Part shown: one piece after another, positions 26,743 through 37,026 of the stretch
Layout: every line of letters starts with the position of its first letter
How positions within the stretch are numbered: the stretch's first letter is position 1
Source of the DNA: Gemmatimonadota bacterium
GTDB taxonomy: Bacteria > Latescibacterota > UBA2968 > UBA8231
Assembly: GCA_038153405.1 (NCBI GenBank)
Contig: JAYOYH010000011.1
Coordinates: 23,050 to 87,049, forward strand
Reading direction: 5' to 3'
Length of the DNA stretch: 64,000 bases
Program-made: the position numbers and the translations under genes
The notes under the pieces: generated by a model
The model's input: the letters and a program-made list of their open reading frames with translations, nothing else
Told to the model about the DNA's origin: nothing
Databases searched by the model: none

Positions 26743-29700
26743 TTAGGCGCGATGGCGCCAGCGCTCCTCGCGCACCTGGACGGTCGGCGGCTGGATCTGC
26801 GCCGTCAGCGACGTGCGCGCAGCACCCAAAATCTCGTCGAGACCCTGCAGCAGGTCGTCACAGGGTTTGACCCGAACCGTGCGCGAGCGAATCACGGCGT
26901 CTTTCTCTCCACCATTGCGCACGTGCAGCAGCAGTTCGCAGTCGCCCGCATAGCGATCGCAGTGCGCTTTGAGATGGCCTAGTAGCTGGTCGTTAACCTC
27001 CTCGTGTAGCAGCTGCACGTTAACGGCCTTGGTCAGCTTCTCGCGCGCTTCGTCAAGCGGCATGGCCTTTTCCGCCTGCAGGCTCAGGCGTCCGTTGCGC
27101 TCGGAGACGCGCCCCTCGACCATGATTACCGAATCCTCCTCCAGCAGCGACTCGCAGCTGGCAAAAACTTCGGAGAAAAACGCCACGTCGCCCTTGCCTC
27201 CCATATCTTCCAGCGTTACAAAGGCAAAGGCCTGACCGCGTTTGTCGTAAAGCTTGCGCACCTGCGACACCAGACCGCCAACGCGCATGGAGTAGCCATC
27301 GCGCTGTTTGTCCATATCGCTCAGCGGGGTGGCAAAGCTGCGCAGATCGCGCACGTGCGACTTGAGCGGATGGCTCGACACGTAAAAACCGAGCAGCTCG
27401 CGCTCTTTGGCGAGCATTTCTCGCTCGCTCCACACCTCGACCTCGGGCAGCTCGTGCTGCTCTAGTTCAACGGGCGCATCACCACCGCCGCCAAACAGGC
27501 TAATCTGGCCTTTCTCGCGCTGCTCCTGCTCCTTCTGCGCCACGCGCAGGGCCAGATCCAGCGCCTCCAGCTTTTGCGCCCGGTGACCTTCCAATCCGTC
27601 CAGCGCACCGGCGGCAATCAGGCTTTCAATAACGCGTCGGTTAACCGCCTTGAGGTCAATGCGCTCGCAAAATTCGAACAGAGTGCCGTATGCACCATCC
27701 TGCATGCGCGTATCGATGATACTCTGCACCGCGCCCTCGCCGACGTTTTTGATCGCCGCCATCCCGTAGCGAATCCCCTCGTCGGTCGGCGTGAAGTAGA
27801 GCGTGCTCTCATTGACGTCGGGCGGCAGAACCGGAATATCCATGCGGCGGCAGTCGTCGAGCAGAATCGTAATGCGCTCGGTGTTGTTGCGGTCCATCGT
27901 CAAGCTCGCCGACATGTATTCCTTGGGGTAGTTAGCCTTGAGATAGGCATTCTTATAGGCCACTTCGGAATAGCAGGCAGCATGCGATTTGTTGAATGCA
28001 TAGCCAGCAAAGACCTCGATATCGGCAAAGAGCTTTTCGGCGATTTTCTTTTCAACGCCATTCTCTACGCAGCCGTCGACGAAATCCTTTTTCATCTTGG
28101 CCATTTCCTCGGGCTTCTTCTTGCCCATAGCCTTGCGCAATATATCGGCCTGGCCCATGCTGAAACCGGCCAGATCGCGCGCAATGCGCATCACCTGTTC
28201 CTGGTAGACCATGATCCCGTAGGTCGCCTCGAGAATGGGCTCCAACTTGGGGTGGTCGTATATCACTTCGATTTCGCCGTGCTTACGCCCGATAAAAGTG
28301 GGTATGTTCTCCATCGGACCCGGTCGATAGAGCGCATTCATGGCAATGATGTCTTCGATATTGTCCGGCTTGAGCTTGCTCAAGTACTCGCGCATGCCGC
28401 CCGACTCGAACTGAAATACGCCAATGGTTTCACCGCGGCCGAACAGTTCAAAGGTCGGGCGATCTTCCCAAGATATGACGTCGAGGTTGAAGTCGGGTTG
28501 ATACAGGCGGATCAGGCGCACCGCCTCGTCCATCAGCGACAGCTCCTTGAGGCCGAGAAAATCCATCTTGAGCAAGCCGACTTCTTCGCAGGTTGGCCCG
28601 TCGAACTGCGTGGTCACGCGACCGTCTTTTGGCGCTTTGTAGAGCGGCACGTAGTCGGTCAGATCAGACGGCGCAATAATCACCGCACAGGCGTGCACCG
28701 AGGCATGGCGAGCCAGCCCTTCTAGACGACGCGCATAGTCGATGAGCTGCCCCTGTTCGTCGCGCGCCTCGGCCATCTGCTGCAGTTCCGGAACGCGATC
28801 GATCGCTTTGTCGATGGTCATTTTGAGCTCGGCCGGCACCAGTTTGGCGATGCGGTCGACCTCGCCGAAGGGCATTCCGAGCACGCGCCCCACGTCGCGC
28901 ACCACCGCCTTGGCGCCCATAGTCCCAAAGGTGATGACCTGCGAGACGTTTTTCTCGCCGTACTTATCGACGACGTATCTGAGCACCTTGTCGCGATCGA
29001 CATCGGCAAAGTCGATATCGATATCCGGCATGGATATGCGCTCGGGATTGAGAAAGCGCTCAAAGAGCAGATCGTATTTGATCGGATCGGTATCGGTGAT
29101 GCCCAAACAGTAGGACACGAGGCTACCGGCAGCCGACCCGCGGCCCGGCCCAACGGAAATACCGCTCTGACGAGCGTAGTTGACAAAATCCCATACGATG
29201 AGGAAGTAGCCGGAAAACCCCATATTGGTGATCACGTCCAACTCATAGTCGAGGCGCTCACGCACCTCATTCTCTATCGCGCTATAGCGCCGCTCTAAGC
29301 CCTCCTTGGCCAAGTTGACCAGGTAGTTTTCGCTGCTCTCATAGCCTTGGGGTATGGGGAACTCTGGCATGTGCATGGTGCCAAATTCCAGCTCCACGTC
29401 GCATTTTTCGGCGATTTCCAGCGTGCGTTCAGCAACGCCGGGGAGATCGCTAAAGAGCGCGTGCATCTCGTCGGGCGACTTCATATAGAGCCCTTCGGGA
29501 TAGCACATGCGATTTTCATCGCCGATGTTCTTGCCCGTCTGTATGCAGATCAGCGCATCGTGCGCAGCGTGATCGTCGGAGCGTAGAAAGTGAAAGTCGT
29601 TGGTGGCGACCAGGGGCACGCCGAGCTTCTTGTGCAGGCGCAGCAGACCGTCGTTGACCTTTCCTTCAATGTCTATGCCGTGGCGTTGAATCTCCAGGTA

Positions 29701-30222
29701 ATAATCGTCGCCAAAGATCTCCATAAACTCGCGGGCGACCTTCTCCGCTTCGGCAACGCCTTCGCGCTGAATCATATGCGGCACTTCGCCGCCAACGCAG
29801 GCAGACAGGCAGATGAGGCCCTCGCTGTATTCGCGCAGCAGTTCCTTGTCGATGCGCGGATTGTAGTAGTAGCCCTCTGTATAGCCCTTGGAAACCAGTT
29901 TGGTGAGGTTGCGGTAGCCGGTGGCGTTTTTGGCCAACAATACCAAGTGGTTGGAGGCATGTGCCAAGCCGCGTGCTGCCTTGCGCAAATGGCGGCTTTC
30001 GATGGCGACATATACCTCGCAGCCTATGATCGGTTTGATGCCGACTTCTTTGCACGCCTTATAGTGCTCAATGACGCCAAAGAGGTTGCCGTGGTCGGTA
30101 ACAGCCATGGCCGGCATGCCGAGTTCGGCCGCCGTCTCTGCCATTTCCCGTACGCGACAGCCGCCGTCGAGCAGGCTGTACTCGCTGTGACCGTGCAGGT
30201 GCACAAAACCAGCCGATGCCAT
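26743..30222 (-). CDS. dnaE: DNA polymerase III subunit alpha
   Basis: FVHLHGHSEYSLLDG PHP domain, GPGRGSAAGS, FERFLNPER, PDIDIDF, FAGYAFNKSHA; no intein visible; ATG at 30222. Confidence 0.97.
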   Translation of the reverse strand: MASAGFVHLHGHSEYSLLDGGCRVREMAETAAELGMPAMAVTDHGNLFGVIEHYKACKEVGIKPIIGCEVYVAIESRHLRKAARGLAHASNHLVLLAKNATGYRNLTKLVSKGYTEGYYYNPRIDKELLREYSEGLICLSACVGGEVPHMIQREGVAEAEKVAREFMEIFGDDYYLEIQRHGIDIEGKVNDGLLRLHKKLGVPLVATNDFHFLRSDDHAAHDALICIQTGKNIGDENRMCYPEGLYMKSPDEMHALFSDLPGVAERTLEIAEKCDVELEFGTMHMPEFPIPQGYESSENYLVNLAKEGLERRYSAIENEVRERLDYELDVITNMGFSGYFLIVWDFVNYARQSGISVGPGRGSAAGSLVSYCLGITDTDPIKYDLLFERFLNPERISMPDIDIDFADVDRDKVLRYVVDKYGEKNVSQVITFGTMGAKAVVRDVGRVLGMPFGEVDRIAKLVPAELKMTIDKAIDRVPELQQMAEARDEQGQLIDYARRLEGLARHASVHACAVIIAPSDLTDYVPLYKAPKDGRVTTQFDGPTCEEVGLLKMDFLGLKELSLMDEAVRLIRLYQPDFNLDVISWEDRPTFELFGRGETIGVFQFESGGMREYLSKLKPDNIEDIIAMNALYRPGPMENIPTFIGRKHGEIEVIYDHPKLEPILEATYGIMVYQEQVMRIARDLAGFSMGQADILRKAMGKKKPEEMAKMKKDFVDGCVENGVEKKIAEKLFADIEVFAGYAFNKSHAACYSEVAYKNAYLKANYPKEYMSASLTMDRNNTERITILLDDCRRMDIPVLPPDVNESTLYFTPTDEGIRYGMAAIKNVGEGAVQSIIDTRMQDGAYGTLFEFCERIDLKAVNRRVIESLIAAGALDGLEGHRAQKLEALDLALRVAQKEQEQREKGQISLFGGGGDAPVELEQHELPEVEVWSEREMLAKERELLGFYVSSHPLKSHVRDLRSFATPLSDMDKQRDGYSMRVGGLVSQVRKLYDKRGQAFAFVTLEDMGGKGDVAFFSEVFASCESLLEEDSVIMVEGRVSERNGRLSLQAEKAMPLDEAREKLTKAVNVQLLHEEVNDQLLGHLKAHCDRYAGDCELLLHVRNGGEKDAVIRSRTVRVKPCDDLLQGLDEILGAARTSLTAQIQPPTVQVREERWRHRA

Positions 30223-30392
30223 GCAAATTCTCCAAAATATTGCCCGAGACAGCTCGCTGCAGCCGCCTGTAGGACGGATCCGTATGCGTAGAATAAAACG
30301 ACAAAACCCAGCTAAGGCACGGCCAGGTCGGCAAGGGGAGCACCTCGTCGAATGCGATATCGAAAAGGGGTCGAAAAAGCCCGACACGAACA

Positions 30393-30421
30393 AACATAGC
30401 CAATAGAAAATTGCCTGTCAA
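30393..30421 (-). promoter_or_regulatory. Putative sigma-70 promoter of dnaE
   Basis: Minus strand TTGACA-N17-TATGTT, roughly 170 nt upstream of the dnaE ATG. Confidence 0.5.
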
Positions 30422-30666
30422 TCGACCGACACGGCAAATGAAAAAAATGTTTTTCTTTATTCTAAATAGCTGTTTTTATTTCATTTATTTGTAAAAAAGA
30501 CCAACTTGGTGCGCGCCGTTATAAATGTGCTTGTAGCTTGTTTTTCTAGGCGTTTACGCGCTTCGCAAAAGCGCTTAAAAAAATCTGCGACAAACGGCGG
30601 GGACGGCGCGCTGGCCGTCGATTGTAGACCGGCCTTATATTAGCCCGTAAACCAAACCGGGGGGCC

Positions 30667-31785
30667 ATGGGCAAAAAAATCATCGTCGTCGCTGGCGCGC
30701 GACCCAACTTCATGAAAGTCGCTCCCATTCTGGCGGATCTGCGCAGCGATCCACAGCATTTCGAGCCGCTACTAGTGCATACCGGCCAGCACTACGACTA
30801 CCAGATGTCGGAAGTCTTTTTTGACGAGTTGGAACTGCCGCCCCCCGACGTCTATCTCGATGCCGCACGTGCGCATCCCAGCCAGCAAACAGCCGATATT
30901 ATTGCCAAATTTGACGAGGTGCTCGAGCGCGAACGGCCCGATCTAGTGCTCGTCGTGGGCGACGTCACATCAACCGACTCCTGTGCCATCGCCGCCAGCA
31001 AGCGCGACGTGGCGCTGGCCCACGTCGAAGCCGGTTTGCGCAGCCGCGACCGCCGCATGCCCGAGGAGCGCACTCGCTTGGTCACCGACGCGCTATCCGA
31101 TCTGCTCTTCACCTATTCGGACGACGCCGACGCCAACCTGCGGGCCGAGAACGTGCCGGAAGAGTGCATATTCCAGGTCGGCAACGTCATGATTGACACG
31201 CTCTTCCGCTTCCGCACAAAAGCGGCTCAGTCAAATATCCTCAGTGAAATAGGCGTGCGTCCCAAAGAGTACGCGCTGGCGACGATGCACCGCCCATCCA
31301 ACGTCGACGATCCGCATGCACTGGCCGAACTGCTCGGCGCCTTTGCCGAAATTGGTCAAGACATAGCGATCGTCTTTCAACTGCATCCGCGCACGAAGGA
31401 ACGCATTGAGCGCTTCGGATTGCAGGACGCGCTCAGCGCCATACCCAACCTCCACCTGATTGGACCGCAGGGCTATCTGGATATCGTAAAATTGGAGGAG
31501 AACGCGCGCTTGGCCTTGACGGATTCGGCGGGCATAGCAGAAGAGACGACCGCGCTGCAGGTGCCCTGCCTGACGCTTAGAGAGAACACCGAGCGCCCCG
31601 TCACCATCGATCAGGGCAGCAATCAATTGGTCGGCTGTCAGAGGGAACGCGTCGTGCAACAAGCGCGCGCGGCGCTGGCCGAGCAACGCAAAACGTACCC
31701 GGTCCCACCGCTGTGGGACGGACGCAGCGCCGAGCGCCTAGTGGAGGTGCTGCGCAAGGGAATTGTGCGGCGATTGCACTACTGA
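30667..31785 (+). CDS. wecB: UDP-N-acetylglucosamine 2-epimerase (non-hydrolysing)
   Basis: GARPNFMK, VHTGQHYD, HVEAGLRS, LRENTERP, LWDG. Confidence 0.9.
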   Translation: MGKKIIVVAGARPNFMKVAPILADLRSDPQHFEPLLVHTGQHYDYQMSEVFFDELELPPPDVYLDAARAHPSQQTADIIAKFDEVLERERPDLVLVVGDVTSTDSCAIAASKRDVALAHVEAGLRSRDRRMPEERTRLVTDALSDLLFTYSDDADANLRAENVPEECIFQVGNVMIDTLFRFRTKAAQSNILSEIGVRPKEYALATMHRPSNVDDPHALAELLGAFAEIGQDIAIVFQLHPRTKERIERFGLQDALSAIPNLHLIGPQGYLDIVKLEENARLALTDSAGIAEETTALQVPCLTLRENTERPVTIDQGSNQLVGCQRERVVQQARAALAEQRKTYPVPPLWDGRSAERLVEVLRKGIVRRLHY

Positions 31786-33467
31786 GCGCTATCTTGCTCT
31801 TTGGCGCGCTGCGCCTTGAGCTGCATTGCCTGCGCTAGGAGTTCATCGAGCACCGCGTTGCTCTCAAATGGCTTCTGACGAACGAAATCGAACGGTTCAC
31901 AGCGCGGATCGCCCTGGTCCAAATACCAACCCGTCAGCAGAATTGTCGCAACCGACGATATGCTTCGCTTCACTTCGACTGCCACTAAGTCTCCCGACAT
32001 ATCCGGCAAGCCCAAGTCGATAATCGCAACGTCAAAGTCCACCTGTCCATCGCTCAGGGCGCGCAGCGCCGACGCGCCGTCGTAGAAAACAGTCGCCTCG
32101 TGGTTGCGACCAACGAGGCGGGACAGGGTGAGCGCAAATACCTTGTTGTCTTCGACGATGAGCACGCGCCCCGGACCCGCAACAGATGCCGCCAGCTTCT
32201 CAGGCGCAGGCCGTTCCGCTGGCGCCTCTTCCTCTACTGCCGGATTTTGGACGGGCAGCGCAATCGTAAAACGCGCTCCTTCACCCACCCTGCTTTCAAC
32301 CTCTATATCGCCACCCGCTCCAACAATCGCATTATATACTGTCGTCATGCCGATGCCCGTGCCAACGGTGGACTTAGTAGAGAAAAAGGGCTCGAAAATG
32401 CGCAGGCGCGTCTCCTCGTCCATACCGTGGCCAGTGTCCGAATACTCGATGGTCGCCCAGCCATTTGCGCTGCGCGAAACAATGCGAATGTCGCCTTCTC
32501 GCCCTTCTATAGCCTCAATCGAGTTGGTTATCAGGTTGATGAATACGTCCAGAAGTTTGCCCTCTACGGCGCGCACGCACACGCCGGGGGCCAACTCGCG
32601 GTGTACACCTATCGTGCAGTTGCGCGCGCGCGCCTGATCGTGCCACAAATAGCGGGTATGGCTTATTGCCTGATCTATGACGTCGTTGAGTGAGACGGCG
32701 CTATAGCGGTCATGCGATTCCCTCTTGTACAGCGAATTCATATCGCGAATCAGGTCGCGAGCGCGCATAGCGGCCTTCACGATTTCCTCGACGTCCTGCA
32801 TTTGACTAGAGTCGCTAATCTTTGTTCCCAGCAGAAAGGCTGGGCCCGTAATACAGGCGAGAATATTGTTCAAATTGTGGCTCATACCCGCGCACAGTTC
32901 CCCGGTGGCCCGCAGGCGCTGCGTGCGCACCAGCAGTTCTTCCGCTTCCTTCTGTCCTGATATATCGACGAACGTATTGATGACATCCAGACCAGTGCTC
33001 GTTTTTGAAGCGATGCTCTGTAAATACACCCACGTATTCTTCTCGTCACCTAGGCAGAGCTGACACTCTTTCCTTTCCCCCAATTTTGCCACTGAGCGCA
33101 AATGGAGGTCAATCTGACCTTGAAAATCGTCAGCGATCCAGTCGCGTAGGTTAGTACCGACAATCGATTGCTGCGCTGTACCCAGCATCGCACACGCCGT
33201 ACCGTTGGCTTCTGTAATCACACCGTCCCTATCGCTGCCAACAATGCCAACGGGGGCACTGTTGAAAAGCCGGTCGTAGCGCGCGTTAAACAGTTCGAGA
33301 TCGCGCTGGTTGGCGCGCAGCTGCTCATCTAGCGCTTTGCGTTCTACTTGGTGCGTAGATAGCTCACGTATGACCTCCTCTACGGCTTCTCTTACAGGCC
33401 GCTCGACGCCTTCCAGTCCAGCCTCTATAAACCTCTTTTGTTTCTCAAGTTCGTCGTTCGCTGACAT
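31779..33467 (-). CDS. Hybrid PAS sensor histidine kinase / response regulator
   Basis: PAS-like region, H-box SHNLNNIL, N box NLITNS, DTGHGM, FEPFFSTK, GTGIG, C-terminal receiver (IVEDN, IIDLGLP); ATG at 33467 preferred. Confidence 0.9.
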   Translation of the reverse strand: MSANDELEKQKRFIEAGLEGVERPVREAVEEVIRELSTHQVERKALDEQLRANQRDLELFNARYDRLFNSAPVGIVGSDRDGVITEANGTACAMLGTAQQSIVGTNLRDWIADDFQGQIDLHLRSVAKLGERKECQLCLGDEKNTWVYLQSIASKTSTGLDVINTFVDISGQKEAEELLVRTQRLRATGELCAGMSHNLNNILACITGPAFLLGTKISDSSQMQDVEEIVKAAMRARDLIRDMNSLYKRESHDRYSAVSLNDVIDQAISHTRYLWHDQARARNCTIGVHRELAPGVCVRAVEGKLLDVFINLITNSIEAIEGREGDIRIVSRSANGWATIEYSDTGHGMDEETRLRIFEPFFSTKSTVGTGIGMTTVYNAIVGAGGDIEVESRVGEGARFTIALPVQNPAVEEEAPAERPAPEKLAASVAGPGRVLIVEDNKVFALTLSRLVGRNHEATVFYDGASALRALSDGQVDFDVAIIDLGLPDMSGDLVAVEVKRSISSVATILLTGWYLDQGDPRCEPFDFVRQKPFESNAVLDELLAQAMQLKAQRAKEQDSAQ

Positions 33468-33879
33468 GGGCTCTTTCACAATCTCTTCGTTTACACGGGC
33501 AAAGTGCGTTGAGGTGCAGCTTGTAGAAAAGGTCATTCACTCTATTTCGGCTGTTCATCTACAGCATCGCGCAATATGCCGGTCGCGAATTAGGTCGCGG
33601 GTGCGCATAGTCGATGACACCATTTTCTCAGAGCTTCTGCGGGCCTCCGGGCGATTGTTAATTCGGATGCCCAAGATAAAAAATCAAGTGGAGATATCGA
33701 AAAAAGGCTGAACAGCTTAGATTGACGCAAGTACAACCATCTACGTATCTGCTGCACAGCATGAATATTGTCATATTTATAAACATACTGAATTAGAAAT
33801 GATAACTCAATTAGGCGTAGACGCCTGCGCACACCGCAGTCCATAGGCTAAGTAGATTAACTGAGATGAATGGAATAAC

Positions 33880-34743
33880 ATGGATAAGCTAACGCTAAAC
33901 AAAAACATACTCGGTTTTGAAGTGCTCTACGACGACCGCGCACCTCTGACTCTCTACCGAGTTGCGGAAGAACTCCCGCGCACGGATTCGCCCAAACCCT
34001 GCTTTGCCCCTATTTACACGCCAAACGGCACGCTCGTTACGGAGTATCGACCAGCCGATCACACCTGGCATACGGGACTCTACTTCGGCTGGGTACATGC
34101 CAATGATGCCAATCTGTGGGGAGGCCCTTGGTACGTGCCGGAAAAGAATACATACGAATACGTGGCCAACACGCACGGCGCGCAGCGCCACGACGACTTT
34201 CTCCGCGTTGAATCGGGCGACGCGATCCGCGTTGAAGAGGCGCTGTCTTGGCTAGCCGCCGATGACACCGTCTTCGCACGCGAAACGCGCACCTACCGCA
34301 TTGAGCGAATCGAAGGCGGCACGCGTTGGCGCATCGATACGCACATAGAGCCGACCGGCGACGCGTTGGTCCTTGGCGCCAGTCGCGCTGCCCGCTACAG
34401 CGGTCTAGAACTGCGCATGGGACCGCCCTTTGCCGATGCGTTCCACTACGACAGCGAGGGCCGCCAGCAGCACGAGCACATTATGGGACAACGAGCACGC
34501 TGGGTCGTTGCGCGCGGCGCGGCGGGCGGCTGCGTCGCCATGATGGACCATCCGGACAATCCGCGCTATCCCGTAACGTGGTTCGTACGAAAGAACTTAC
34601 TGGGTGCCGGACTGCTGATGGAAGGCGATCTAGAGATCGCGCGCGGCCAGACCCTGGATCTGTCTTATGCCTTTTTCGTGCTCGATGCCGACCCTGGCCC
34701 GGCGCGCTGGGAACGGCATTTCGAAGCGTTTATTGCCGCGTAG
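33880..34743 (+). CDS. DUF6807 / 'PmoA'-like family protein (not true particulate methane monooxygenase)
   Basis: KPCFAPIYTPNG, PADHTWHTGL, YSGLELR, DHPDNP..P..WFVR. Confidence 0.75.
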   Translation: MDKLTLNKNILGFEVLYDDRAPLTLYRVAEELPRTDSPKPCFAPIYTPNGTLVTEYRPADHTWHTGLYFGWVHANDANLWGGPWYVPEKNTYEYVANTHGAQRHDDFLRVESGDAIRVEEALSWLAADDTVFARETRTYRIERIEGGTRWRIDTHIEPTGDALVLGASRAARYSGLELRMGPPFADAFHYDSEGRQQHEHIMGQRARWVVARGAAGGCVAMMDHPDNPRYPVTWFVRKNLLGAGLLMEGDLEIARGQTLDLSYAFFVLDADPGPARWERHFEAFIAA

Positions 34744-34825
34744 TCGGCCGGCCGCCACGCGCTTGACATCCGGCGCAGTGCCGATACTATCCCCCCTGAG
34801 CAATGCTCATCGCTGGGCCAATCTA

Positions 34826-34871
34826 TTGACTGGGCTCTTCGTTGGCATATATTTCAAACATACGTTTAAAT
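34826..34871 (+). promoter_or_regulatory. Sigma-70 promoter with overlapping PsrA-type palindromic operator
   Basis: TTGACT-N16-TATATT followed by TTTCAAAC-ATAC-GTTTAAAT. Confidence 0.6.
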
Positions 34872-35574
34872 GAAATGCATAATTGAGACCATGACCGCCT
34901 TTTCCAGAACGCCCACTGCCGATGGAGAGCAGGCCAGCGCAACCCGCACGCGTCTGCTCGACGTGGCCGAACAACTCTTTGCCGAACGGGGCATCGATGC
35001 CACCTCGCTGCGCGCCATAACGGCAACCGCCGGTGCCAATTTGGCCTCCGTCAACTACCACTTCGGATCAAAAGATGCCCTCTTCCGCGAAGTTGTGGCC
35101 CGGCGCCTTGGTCCGATCAACGCCGAGCGCCTGCGCCTGCTCGAAGAGGCCAAGTGCCAGGCGGCCGACGGCAATCCCCCGCTTGAAAGTGTGCTCAGCG
35201 CCTTTCTGGCTCCGGCCTTGCACCTGCAATCGCAGAGGCCGCAGGAAGGCAAAAACATCATGAACCTGATGGGACGCCTCTACAGCGATCCGCGCGCCGA
35301 CGAGCTAAAAAAGCTCTTTTACGGCGAGTTTAAAGAGGTGTTCCAGCGCTTCACATCTGCACTCAAGCACGCCGCACCCGACGTGGCTGACGACGAGATC
35401 ATCTGGCGCTTTTTTTTCGTCGTCGGCGCCATGGCGCACCTTATGAGCGCTGGCGATGTGCTCAACCACGCCTCAAATGGACTGTGCGATCTCGAAGACG
35501 TCGAAGCCAACATCGGGCGCCTCGTGGCCTTTAGTGCTGCCGGTTTTCGCGCGCCGAACTCACCCACCTCCTAA
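34870..35574 (+). CDS. TetR/AcrR family regulator (PsrA-like)
   Basis: RLLDVAEQLFAERG..TSLRAIT..AGANLASVNYHFGSK; true start may be ATG 34891. Confidence 0.9.
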   Translation: MKCIIETMTAFSRTPTADGEQASATRTRLLDVAEQLFAERGIDATSLRAITATAGANLASVNYHFGSKDALFREVVARRLGPINAERLRLLEEAKCQAADGNPPLESVLSAFLAPALHLQSQRPQEGKNIMNLMGRLYSDPRADELKKLFYGEFKEVFQRFTSALKHAAPDVADDEIIWRFFFVVGAMAHLMSAGDVLNHASNGLCDLEDVEANIGRLVAFSAAGFRAPNSPTS

Positions 35575-35604
35575 TGTCAAGTTAATGCAGTTGAGGAAAA
35601 CACC

Positions 35605-37026
35605 ATGAAGTGGATCATCTCGTTAATCACCCTAGCGCTGGGTGCCTGCGCCTCCGCTCCCCCCGCACGGCATCCCGACTTAGCAGTGGCCGTGCCATCC
35701 GAGTGGGCAGGCGACGGCGCTACCCCGCTCGAGCACTGGTGGAACCAACTCGGCGATGCGCATCTCGATAGCTTGGTGCGGCAAGCGCTGAGCAGCAACT
35801 TCGACCTACAGAGTGCTGCAGCGCGCCTAGAGCAGGCGCAGGCACAAGCGCGCATTGCCGGTGCACCACTCCAGCCGGGCATCGCCCTCGGCGGCTCGGG
35901 CGCAAAGCGCAAACAAAACTTTGTTGGCTTCCCCATTCCCGGAAGCCAAGGGCAGGTACTCAGCACGACCACCTATAGCTACGGCATCAACCTCAGCGCG
36001 AGCTGGGAGCTAGATCTGTGGGGTAGCCTGCGCGCCGGAGCGCGTGCAGCTCTCGCCGACGCAGAGGCGGCGCACGCCGAATACAGCGGCGCGCGCCTGT
36101 CGCTGGTCGCACAGACGGCGCGCGCCTACTTCGCCGCCGTCGAGGCCGAACGCCAAGTCGAACTGGCCCGCGCCACCGTCGATAATTACCGCCTGTCCAA
36201 CGAACAGATCGACCGCCGCTACCAGCGCGGGCTGAGCGCTTCGCTGGAACTCCGACTCGGGCGCGCCAACCTCGCTGCGGCCGAAGCAACCCTCGAACAG
36301 CGGCGCCAGCAGTTGGACCGCAGCCGGCGCCAGTTAGAGCTGCTGCTGGGGCGCTATCCCAGCGGTCGCATTGCCACCGGCAGCGCATTGCCCACCATAG
36401 CGACGGCAGTGCCGACCGGTCTACCCGCCGACTTAGTTAGTCGACGACCCGATCTAGCCGCGGCCGAGCGCCGCCTGGCAGCGGCGCAAAATCGCCTGAC
36501 GCAGGCGCGCGGCCAGCTGCTGCCGCGCATTAGCTTAACCGCATCGACGGGCACTTCTTCTAATGAGCTAAAGAACCTGCTAAACGGCGATTTTTCCGTG
36601 TGGAACTTGCTGACCAATATCAGCCAACCACTGCTACAAGGTGGGCGCCTGCGCGCCGGAGTCGACCTAGCCAAAGCCGGCAGCGAAAGCGCCTTAGCCG
36701 CCTATGCACAGAGCGCGCTGCGCGCCTATGCCGAAGTGGAGCAGGCGCTCGCAGCAGAACAGTTTCTCGCCCGCCAGGAGAGTGCGCTACAAACGGCCAG
36801 CGTCGAAGCGCGCGCCGCGCGCACGCTGGCCGAAGACCGCTACACCAAAGGCCTGTCTGACCTCATCACCCTGCTCGATGCCCAGCGGCGCGCGTTCGAC
36901 GCGGAAAGCCGCCTGCTCTCCGTGCAGCGCCAGCGCCTCGACACGCGCATCGATCTACACCTCGCCCTCGGCGGCGATTTCAGCGACGCACCGCTCGTCT
37001 TTCAACACGCGGAGATCACGCGATGA
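35605..37026 (+). CDS. Efflux outer membrane factor (NodT/OprM family lipoprotein)
   Basis: Lipobox LGAC, WELDLWG, LVSRRPDL.AAE, LHLALGG. Confidence 0.92.
   Translation: MKWIISLITLALGACASAPPARHPDLAVAVPSEWAGDGATPLEHWWNQLGDAHLDSLVRQALSSNFDLQSAAARLEQAQAQARIAGAPLQPGIALGGSGAKRKQNFVGFPIPGSQGQVLSTTTYSYGINLSASWELDLWGSLRAGARAALADAEAAHAEYSGARLSLVAQTARAYFAAVEAERQVELARATVDNYRLSNEQIDRRYQRGLSASLELRLGRANLAAAEATLEQRRQQLDRSRRQLELLLGRYPSGRIATGSALPTIATAVPTGLPADLVSRRPDLAAAERRLAAAQNRLTQARGQLLPRISLTASTGTSSNELKNLLNGDFSVWNLLTNISQPLLQGGRLRAGVDLAKAGSESALAAYAQSALRAYAEVEQALAAEQFLARQESALQTASVEARAARTLAEDRYTKGLSDLITLLDAQRRAFDAESRLLSVQRQRLDTRIDLHLALGGDFSDAPLVFQHAEITR

Noticed and set aside
27574..28725. 383-aa plus-strand ORF
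   Set aside because: Antisense to dnaE; no recognisable domain.
30223..30392. Riboswitch or ncRNA in the long dnaE leader
   Set aside because: Only short, weak hairpins and no recognisable aptamer motif; an Infernal search would be needed.
33880..34743. Methane monooxygenase (from the 'PmoA' family name)
   Set aside because: Soluble, beta-rich DUF6807-type protein with no TM helices and no pmoCB neighbours.
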